From positions 1 through 24,797 of the forward strand of contig CAXSGP010000071.1 of NCBI GenBank assembly GCA_964236955.1: DNA of 24,797 bases, written 5' to 3'. The notes under the pieces were generated by a model. It had not been told where the DNA came from. It saw nothing but the letters and a program-made list of their open reading frames with translations, and ran no database searches. Shown here one piece after another: positions 18,265 to 24,797 of this stretch. Position 1 is the stretch's first letter, and each line of letters starts with the position of its first letter. A program made the position numbers and the translations under genes. This stretch comes from an uncultured Oligoflexus sp. (GTDB taxonomy: Bacteria > Bdellovibrionota_B > Oligoflexia > Oligoflexales > Oligoflexaceae).

Positions 18265-19356
18265 TTAAGCCTTGCGCCTGCCTTGCAGGGTATTCCATAT
18301 CGATATCCCAATGATGACAACATTCGCCGCCCATGCCGCTGGCATGGGGTGGACGATACCTTTTACAGCGAGTGCTCGCGCTGAGCTCATGATGACCCAA
18401 TAGCTCACCCCAATAAAAATAGCGACTAGAATGCCCCGCGCGGTTTCCATGGTTCGTTCGGATTTGTAGGCAAACTTCAGCCCGATAAGACTCACCACAA
18501 AAGCAGCCATGTATTGGGCGATTTTAGAATGAAAATCAACCCGGTAGGATTGAATATCCATTCCAGAATCACGGCCCTTTTGAATAATGTCGGTCAGTTC
18601 ATTGGAGGAAAGCTCTGCCGGCAGTCGGCGCTCCCGCTTTAGCTTCTTTGGCTCGACGGGAATTTTGACTGGCAAAACCTCTTTCTTCTCCGAATAGGAA
18701 AGCGTCCCCTTCGGCCAAAAATAAAGAATTTTGATATCTTCAAGCAACCAGTCGTCGTTGTCGGGACGATAGGTAGCCAAACGTGCTTCCATACTACGGT
18801 TTGGCCGAAAATTCTCGCCCGTTTCAATGACTCGCACCCCCGTCATAACATTGGTGATGGGGTCATAATCTCGAAAGTTATAAAGGGTATTGGCACTCTT
18901 TACCCACCTGGCGCCTTCGGTTATTTGGGTTTCTGACCCGCGCTCCATCTGCACGTCTTGAATAAAATGCATCCGTGTGGAAGCCTTGGGTTGAACAACT
19001 TCCCCGATAAAGACTGAAAAAACCGACAGGACGGCGCCACCCACCATAATGGGCAGACCGAGCCGCACGGCACCCATACCGGCGGCGCGCATCGCTGTGA
19101 TTTCATTGCTGCGGCTTAGAATAACCATAGTTACGACTGAAGCAATTAGTGACGCTATGGGCAAAACCTGAGGAATAAGATTAGGGATAAAGTAAATATA
19201 GTACTTAACGAGCAAACTGGTTTCGGGGTTATAGCGGGGAATAAAGCGTGTGGTCTTATGGATAAAATCAAAAAGGATAAATAGAAAAAGGGCGAGGATA
19301 AGCGTCCCAAAAACGTATTTGATGAAATCTTTCAGAACATAGAAAAATAATATCAT
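18265..19356 (-). CDS. lptG: LPS export ABC transporter permease, LptF/LptG family (LptG-like)
   Basis: Three N-terminal TMs with LSRSNEITAMRAAG, a beta-rich periplasmic domain, and three C-terminal TMs ending PAAWAAN. Confidence 0.82.
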   Translation of the reverse strand: MILFFYVLKDFIKYVFGTLILALFLFILFDFIHKTTRFIPRYNPETSLLVKYYIYFIPNLIPQVLPIASLIASVVTMVILSRSNEITAMRAAGMGAVRLGLPIMVGGAVLSVFSVFIGEVVQPKASTRMHFIQDVQMERGSETQITEGARWVKSANTLYNFRDYDPITNVMTGVRVIETGENFRPNRSMEARLATYRPDNDDWLLEDIKILYFWPKGTLSYSEKKEVLPVKIPVEPKKLKRERRLPAELSSNELTDIIQKGRDSGMDIQSYRVDFHSKIAQYMAAFVVSLIGLKFAYKSERTMETARGILVAIFIGVSYWVIMSSARALAVKGIVHPMPAAWAANVVIIGISIWNTLQGRRKA

Positions 19357-19401
19357 GAGCTGGCATCCCCTGTTTTACTGCCGAGACAGCGCCAAGCTCC
19401 A

Positions 19402-19430
19402 AATATACCTCAGTTTATGCATCTTCTGAA
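19402..19430 (-). promoter_or_regulatory. Candidate sigma70 promoter for lptG
   Basis: Minus strand TTCAGA-17 nt-TATATT about 45 nt upstream of the ATG. Confidence 0.35.
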
Positions 19431-19438
19431 GATATGTT

Positions 19439-19855
19439 CTAATGCGTCGAATGCTCGACCGTACCTACCGCTCGAGCCATCAGATAAGGGAGGCCTTTTT
19501 TGCCTCTTTCCAGACGCCCGAGCACGCGGATATAGGGATTACGAGCCTTCTCAAAGTCATTATAAAACTCGGGAAGCTCAGTAGTAACGACTAGCATTTT
19601 TCCCTCCTTATCAGCCAGCAACAGGTGAGTGAAGGCTGCTCCGAAATACTCCACCTTACCTTCGAGAACAATATCCTTCCCAAAAAGTTCACCAGTATCG
19701 AAATGAAGCTGTTTCGTTGTGACTTGAAAGGGGTTTCCAAAGATCATGCCCCCCGTTTCCGCAAAGCTCCAGGTATCGATACCTTTGCTTAGATCTTGAA
19801 CGTCATGGCAGCCATAGCATCCCAGAAAAACCAACAAAGCAAAAATCGACCTCAT
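19439..19855 (-). CDS. Putative lipoprotein with OB-fold-like C-terminal domain
   Basis: Start MRSIFALLVFLGC (lipobox-like) with GGAGGT RBS. Pattern GKDIVLEGKV..LLLADKEGKMLV..IRVLGRL resembles an OB fold. Confidence 0.65.
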   Translation of the reverse strand: MRSIFALLVFLGCYGCHDVQDLSKGIDTWSFAETGGMIFGNPFQVTTKQLHFDTGELFGKDIVLEGKVEYFGAAFTHLLLADKEGKMLVVTTELPEFYNDFEKARNPYIRVLGRLERGKKGLPYLMARAVGTVEHSTH

Positions 19856-19874
19856 GATACACCTCCGCCTAAGA

Positions 19875-19883
19875 AGTATACCA
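19875..19883 (-). promoter_or_regulatory. Candidate extended -10 promoter for the lipoprotein gene
   Basis: Minus strand TGGTATACT between the rplQ terminator and the RBS. Confidence 0.4.
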
Positions 19884-19907
19884 TTTGGGCAATCTCCAAA
19901 AATGGGC

Positions 19908-19938
19908 AAAAAAAACCCACCTAAGCATGGTGGGTTTT
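19908..19938 (-). terminator. Intrinsic terminator at the end of the alpha operon (after rplQ)
   Basis: AAAACCCACC-ATGCTTA-GGTGGGTTTT plus further Ts, immediately after the rplQ stop. Confidence 0.85.
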
Positions 19939-19941
19939 AAC

Positions 19942-20337
19942 TTAAACTGGAGTTGCAGGAGCTTCTTTCTTCTGACCAAGTTCGTAATCGACGAACTCTA
20001 TCAAAGCCATCTTCGCATTGTCACCAGCGCGAACGCCTCTTTTGACGATACGAGTATAACCGCCCTTACGATCTTTGAAGCGAAGTGCCAGATCACTGAA
20101 GACCTTAGCCACTGCGTCTTTCTCGAAAAGGTAGCCACCAGCAGCACGACGGTGATGAAGTTCACCCTTCTTGCCCAAAGTGATCATTCTCTCTACAACC
20201 TTGCGAAGTTCTTTCGCTCTGGGAACCGTGGTTGTGATGCGTTCATGTGTAATAAGCGATGTTGCGAGGTTTCGTAACATTGCCTTACGGTGAGCGGAGT
20301 CTACCCCGAGTTTTCTGTATCCATGCTTGTGTCGCAT
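19942..20337 (-). CDS. rplQ: 50S ribosomal protein L17
   Basis: [32 protein letters not shown] and [12 protein letters not shown]. Confidence 0.98.
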   Translation of the reverse strand: MRHKHGYRKLGVDSAHRKAMLRNLATSLITHERITTTVPRAKELRKVVERMITLGKKGELHHRRAAGGYLFEKDAVAKVFSDLALRFKDRKGGYTRIVKRGVRAGDNAKMALIEFVDYELGQKKEAPATPV

Positions 20338-20361
20338 ATTTTGCCTCTTCTACCCTTAGTC

Positions 20362-21372
20362 TCAATTACCTTCGTTTTCTTTTTGTCTTAACATAGATGG
20401 GTCAAAGCCATCGATCTTCATTCCGAGCGAAAGTCCCATTTCCGCCAGGATATCTTTGATCTCATTGAGCGACTTGCGACCGAAGTTCTTAGTCTTCAGC
20501 ATTTCTGCCTCCGTCTTAGTCACAAGCTCACCGATATACTTGATATTGGCATTTTCAAGACAGTTTGCAGCCCTGACGCTCAACTCAAGCGAATCAACAG
20601 TCTTGAACAGATTTTCGTTCAGCTGTGGCCTTGCTTCGATTGGGGTATCGAGACTGCGGCTCTCGACTTCTTCTGACTCGTCGAAGTTGATGAAGATCGT
20701 CAGCTGCTCTTTTAGAATCTTCGCCGCGTAGGCAAGCGCATCATCGGGTCGAACAGCAGCATTAGTCCACACTTCTAGTGTCAATTTATCGTAATCGGTC
20801 ATTTGACCTACGCGGGCGTTGGACACGTTATACGCGACCCGGCGCACGGGAGCAAAGATAGAATCGGTTACGATGTAGCCCACAGGAATCGATTCCGTCC
20901 TGTTTTGCTCAGCGGATACGTATCCTCGGCCGTGCCGAACGATCATCTCCATATTGAGACGCCCATCCGGACCTACCGTAGCAACATGCTGCTCCGGGTT
21001 GAGAATTTCAACGTCGCTGCTTGCTTGGATGTCACCTGCCCGCAAAATACCTTCGCCATTTGACTTAAGTGTGATGCGTGCATCATTTTCACCCAAATAG
21101 CGGATGTTAACTTGCTTGAGGTTAAGGATAATATCCGTAACATCTTCTTTAACACCCTGGATCGTACTCAGCTCGTGCTCGACACCTTCGATACGAACAG
21201 CAACAATTGCTGCGCCACTTATGCTAGAGAGCAGTACGCGACGTAGAGAGTTTCCGAGCGTTATCCCGTATCCCCGCTCCAACGGCTTCGCTATAAACTT
21301 GCCGTATGTATCGGTCAATGCGGCAATTTCAACATTATTCGGTGTAATCAGGTCTTGCCAGTTGCGATGCAT
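20362..21372 (-). CDS. rpoA: RNA polymerase subunit alpha
   Basis: [41 protein letters not shown] and [11 protein letters not shown]. Confidence 0.99.
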   Translation of the reverse strand: MHRNWQDLITPNNVEIAALTDTYGKFIAKPLERGYGITLGNSLRRVLLSSISGAAIVAVRIEGVEHELSTIQGVKEDVTDIILNLKQVNIRYLGENDARITLKSNGEGILRAGDIQASSDVEILNPEQHVATVGPDGRLNMEMIVRHGRGYVSAEQNRTESIPVGYIVTDSIFAPVRRVAYNVSNARVGQMTDYDKLTLEVWTNAAVRPDDALAYAAKILKEQLTIFINFDESEEVESRSLDTPIEARPQLNENLFKTVDSLELSVRAANCLENANIKYIGELVTKTEAEMLKTKNFGRKSLNEIKDILAEMGLSLGMKIDGFDPSMLRQKENEGN

Positions 21373-21543
21373 AGACGCTTCTCCGTCATGGCTTCGTTAA
21401 CGATCGTTCCGACCCCAAAACGAGGTTAGCCCTAAGGCTCTAGAACAGGACAGTAGGTGAACTTCGATTCTAGCAGTAATGTTTTTTACCGGTCTAGAAT
21501 TATCGAGTCAGATACTGCCTTAGTAACAAATATACCAGACCAA

Positions 21544-21933
21544 TTAAACGCGGCGGCGTTTAGGAGGGCGGCAGCCGTTGTGAGGAACTGGAGTGATATC
21601 CTTCAGTAGGTTTACGCGTAAACCGACTGCTGATAGGGCACGAACCGCGCTTTCACGCCCAGAACCAGGACCCTTGACGAGGACTGAGATGGAACGCATT
21701 CCTGCGTCCATAGCCTTACGTCCAGCTTCTTCTGCAGCAACCTGAGCCGCAAAAGGAGTGCTCTTGCGAGATCCCTTGAAGCCTTTAGCACCAGCAGTCG
21801 ACCAAGCAACCACTTCACCATTAAGATCAGTGATAGTGACGATAGTATTATTAAAAGTGGCCTGAATGTGAGCCACGCCCATGGGCACATTTTTTTTCGT
21901 CTTACGCTTCTTAACAACAGTTGCCTTAGCCAT
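21544..21933 (-). CDS. rpsK: 30S ribosomal protein S11
   Basis: [22 protein letters not shown] and [13 protein letters not shown]. Confidence 0.99.
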   Translation of the reverse strand: MAKATVVKKRKTKKNVPMGVAHIQATFNNTIVTITDLNGEVVAWSTAGAKGFKGSRKSTPFAAQVAAEEAGRKAMDAGMRSISVLVKGPGSGRESAVRALSAVGLRVNLLKDITPVPHNGCRPPKRRRV

Positions 21934-21957
21934 CTGTTTTACTTCCTTTTAGCGCTG

Positions 21958-22329
21958 TTACTTTTTCTTGTTAGCGATAGTTTTTCTAGGACCCTTACGA
22001 GTTCTAGAATTCGTCTTCGTTCTTTGTCCGCGTACGGGCAGACCTTTACGGTGACGAAGACCACGGTAACAGCCTAAATCGATGAGGCGCTTGATATTGA
22101 GGGAGATATCACGACGAAGGTCACCTTCTACCAAGACGCCTTCGCTTTCGATTGCTTTTCGAATAGCGTTAACTTCGTCTTGGCTAAGGTCATGAGCCTT
22201 CCGATCTGGGGCAATGCCTGCCTTAGCAGTAATCACTTTTGCAGAACGACGGCCAATACCGTAAATGCTTGTCAGTGCAATGTCGACTCGTTTTTGACCG
22301 GGAAGGTCTACGCCAGCTATACGTGCCAT
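21958..22329 (-). CDS. rpsM: 30S ribosomal protein S13
   Basis: [15 protein letters not shown] and [20 protein letters not shown]. Confidence 0.99.
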   Translation of the reverse strand: MARIAGVDLPGQKRVDIALTSIYGIGRRSAKVITAKAGIAPDRKAHDLSQDEVNAIRKAIESEGVLVEGDLRRDISLNIKRLIDLGCYRGLRHRKGLPVRGQRTKTNSRTRKGPRKTIANKKK

Positions 22330-22340
22330 TCAGGTTCTCC

Positions 22341-22454
22341 TTAGCCTTGTCTCTGTTTATGTTTCTTAACTTCGCAGATAACGCGCAGGACACCCGAGCG
22401 GCGAACGACTTTACACTTGTCACAGATCGGCTTTACACTAGCTCTAACTTTCAT
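22341..22454 (-). CDS. rpmJ: 50S ribosomal protein L36, zinc-binding (C+) form; absent from the ORF track
   Basis: Manual translation gives [37 protein letters not shown] (37 aa), with CxxC...C..H ligands. Confidence 0.97.
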   Translation of the reverse strand: MKVRASVKPICDKCKVVRRSGVLRVICEVKKHKQRQG

Positions 22455-22541
22455 GGGAAAAAACCTCTTTCTTACCCTCAGATTTGATCTCGCGCCGATT
22501 TGGCTATCAAACCTCTTTGTTCAGCTCTTTCGAACCCTTGA

Positions 22542-22760
22542 TTATTTTGCTCGATAAACAATTCGCCCACGACCGAGATCATACGGCGAAATTTCTAGTT
22601 TAACTTTGTCACCTGGCAAAATTCGAATAAAGTGCATCCGCATCTTACCGCTAATATGAGCCAGAACCTCGTGACCATTCTCCAGCTCAACCTTAAACAT
22701 AGCATTGGGAAGGGGTTCTTTAACAACGCCTTCCACTTCAATCACATCTTCCTTGGCCAT
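22542..22760 (-). CDS. infA: Translation initiation factor IF-1
   Basis: [31 protein letters not shown] (72 aa from the ATG at 22760, GAGGA RBS). Confidence 0.98.
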   Translation of the reverse strand: MAKEDVIEVEGVVKEPLPNAMFKVELENGHEVLAHISGKMRMHFIRILPGDKVKLEISPYDLGRGRIVYRAK

Positions 22761-22879
22761 AACATTCCTCGGACTCGCGTCTGAATGCCTCACCAGAGTA
22801 ATGAAGCGAAACTGTACACAGTTCACTCTGGATCAGCAAGTGAAAATCAAATGAGCAGCGGACGGAAACTTTCCGTGTT

Positions 22880-23524
22880 TCAGTTACCTAAATTTTGCAG
22901 CAAACCGCTAAGCTCTGCAAATACCTTCGGAGTCGCACTGTTTCCGTCCACGCGATGATAAAGGCCCAAATCTCGGTAATAGTCCAATATTGGCCGCGTA
23001 TCATTTTCATAGATCTGAAGACGAGTCTTAACTTTTTCAGCATCATCATCGGGTCGCTGAATAAGCTTTCCGCCACACTTGTCGCAAACGCCTACAAGTT
23101 TGGAAGGACTGTTGACGATGTGATAACTCGCTCCGCATTGCAGACAGGTGCGACGGCCGGTTATGCGATTCGCCAGGCTTTGGTAGTCAACGTCAAGATG
23201 AACGACCGCCCTAATTGCGCCTGTACCAACAAGGTTTTGAAGCGCCTTCGCCTGAGCTAAGTTGCGAGGATAACCATCTAATAGGACTGGTTTATTCCCT
23301 GCCCCGTCGAGTTCAGATTTGAGAATCCCAAGCAAGACATGATCCGGAACTAAGCGTCCTTCCGCCATAATGCTTTGGGCCTGTTTTCCGATATCGCTAC
23401 CTAGCTGAATCTGACGACGCAGGGCATCACCTGTCGATACTTTTTTAAACCCAAGCTTTTCAGCTATCAAATCGGCTTGAGTGCCTTTGCCGGCTCCTGG
23501 AGCACCGGTTAACACAACGATCAC
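22880..23524 (-). CDS. adk: Adenylate kinase (long LID with four Cys zinc ligands)
   Basis: GAPGAGKGTQ, STGD, LDGYPRN and CLQC...CDKC. GTGA overlap with the secY stop. Confidence 0.97.
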   Translation of the reverse strand: MIVVLTGAPGAGKGTQADLIAEKLGFKKVSTGDALRRQIQLGSDIGKQAQSIMAEGRLVPDHVLLGILKSELDGAGNKPVLLDGYPRNLAQAKALQNLVGTGAIRAVVHLDVDYQSLANRITGRRTCLQCGASYHIVNSPSKLVGVCDKCGGKLIQRPDDDAEKVKTRLQIYENDTRPILDYYRDLGLYHRVDGNSATPKVFAELSGLLQNLGN

Positions 23525-24797
23525 CGACGACCCCCTCGACTTCGAATATTAGTCGATTTCATAAACGCTTCATATCGTAACGACTGTCGATGAGCGTCTA
23601 TCTGGCGGAAAGTTTCCAAAGCAGTACCGACGATGATGAGTAGACTTGTACCACCAAAGTAGAACTGAACATTAAAACTGTCGGTAATAATAGAGGGAAT
23701 CAAGCAGATCGCACTGAGATACAAGGCACCAGTCAAGGTAAGGCGATTGATCACACGGCCCAAAAATTCTGAGGTTCTCGCGCCAGGTCTGATACCAGGA
23801 ACGAAGCCACCATGTTTCTTGAGATTTTCCGCGATATCATCTGGCTTGAACTGAATCGATGTATAAAAGTAAGAGAAAAAAACAATAAGAGCCAAATAGA
23901 TCAAATTGTAGAGCCATCCTCCAGGAATCAAGATGCCACTGATGACATTCGCTACCCAACCCGTCTTTGCAAACTGGCCAATGGTAATAGGAATCTGCAG
24001 AAGCGAACTAGCGAAGATGGGGGGAATGACGCCAGCGGTGTTGATCCGAATCGGCAGATGAGACGTCTGACCGCCATAAACACGATTGCCAACTTGACGC
24101 TTTGCGTACTGAATGGGTATTTGCCGGTCGGCCTGCTCCATGAAAACCACTCCTGCTGTGATCACAAGAACCACGGCGATAAGAATGGCTATCTGAGCCA
24201 GTTCCATTTCGGACTTGTTAAATTTTGTATAGGTGTTGGCTATGATAGAGGGCAGGCCAGCAACAATACCGCAAAAAATGATAAGGGAGATGCCATTGCC
24301 GACACCTCGATCTGTGATCTGCTCACCAAGCCACATTACAAACGCTGTCCCTGCGGTCAGCGATATAGCCGTCATGATCGCCCAAGTTGTACTGGGATCG
24401 GTCACGAACGGTGCACCCCCGGTATTAGAGGACGCAACGGTGCGGGCGATCATAAAGCCCTGAACCAAAGCGATAACAATCGTCCCGTAACGCGTGTATT
24501 GGGTTATTTTCTTCCGACCTGCGTCGCCTTCTTTGGAAAGTGCCTCAAGATGGGGAACGATAACGGTAAGAAGTTGCACGATAATAGATGCGGATATATA
24601 CGGCATCACCCCAAGCGCGAAGATACTAAACCTCGCGGCCGCGCCACCAGAGAACATATTGAACATACCCAAGAGGTTGCCCCCTTGGCTTTTGAAAAAC
24701 TCAGCTAAAGCTTCCGTATTCACTCCCGGGATCGGGACGTGGACACCAATGCGATAGAGCGCAAGAAATCCAAGTGTAAACAATATCTTCTTTGTCA
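23521..24797 (-). CDS. secY: Preprotein translocase subunit SecY (5' end outside the window)
   Basis: SIFALGVMPYISASII, WLGEQIT..GVGNGISL, GGFVPGIRPG and FGGTSLLI. The frame runs to the window edge. Confidence 0.98.
   Translation of the reverse strand, partial: TKKILFTLGFLALYRIGVHVPIPGVNTEALAEFFKSQGGNLLGMFNMFSGGAAARFSIFALGVMPYISASIIVQLLTVIVPHLEALSKEGDAGRKKITQYTRYGTIVIALVQGFMIARTVASSNTGGAPFVTDPSTTWAIMTAISLTAGTAFVMWLGEQITDRGVGNGISLIIFCGIVAGLPSIIANTYTKFNKSEMELAQIAILIAVVLVITAGVVFMEQADRQIPIQYAKRQVGNRVYGGQTSHLPIRINTAGVIPPIFASSLLQIPITIGQFAKTGWVANVISGILIPGGWLYNLIYLALIVFFSYFYTSIQFKPDDIAENLKKHGGFVPGIRPGARTSEFLGRVINRLTLTGALYLSAICLIPSIITDSFNVQFYFGGTSLLIIVGTALETFRQIDAHRQSLRYEAFMKSTNIRSRGGRR

Noticed and set aside
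21373..21543. rpsD pseudogene remnant
   Set aside because: I could not see S4-like residues in the spacer. It looks like structured non-coding sequence.
23812..24708. 298-aa plus-strand ORF
   Set aside because: Antisense shadow of secY.
1..24797. CRISPR arrays, tRNA/rRNA genes, transposases, prophage genes
   Set aside because: I saw no regularly spaced repeats, cloverleaf or rRNA signatures, or transposase/integrase motifs. Intergenic gaps are short.

Overview
This is a bacterial chromosome segment, almost entirely on the minus strand and dominated by housekeeping genes. Gene content and protein style suggest a deltaproteobacteria-like lineage, possibly Bdellovibrionota/Oligoflexia; that assignment is inference only. 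Reading in transcription direction (right to left), the window begins with the end of the spc/alpha cluster: secY (5'-truncated), adk, infA, rpmJ, rpsM, rpsK, rpoA, rplQ, with no map and no rpsD. Next come an OB-fold-like lipoprotein, a lone lptF/G-family permease and a plus-strand mtnD-mtnC pair. These are followed by rimP-nusA-infB-rbfA-truB, with metK coupled directly to truB, and then a HAMP-type membrane protein, ruvA and ruvB with no ruvC. The left end holds a putative outer-membrane beta-barrel, a small 2-TM protein, an archaeal-type XPB helicase overlapping a DUF790/Bax1 nuclease, a DHH phosphoesterase and a convergent dtd. I saw no rRNA, tRNA, CRISPR array or intact mobile element. 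The most interesting parts are the overlapping TM-protein/XPB/Bax1 cassette next to ruvAB, a RuvA with an SSB-like acidic-Phe tail, the truB-metK coupling and several structured intergenic regions.
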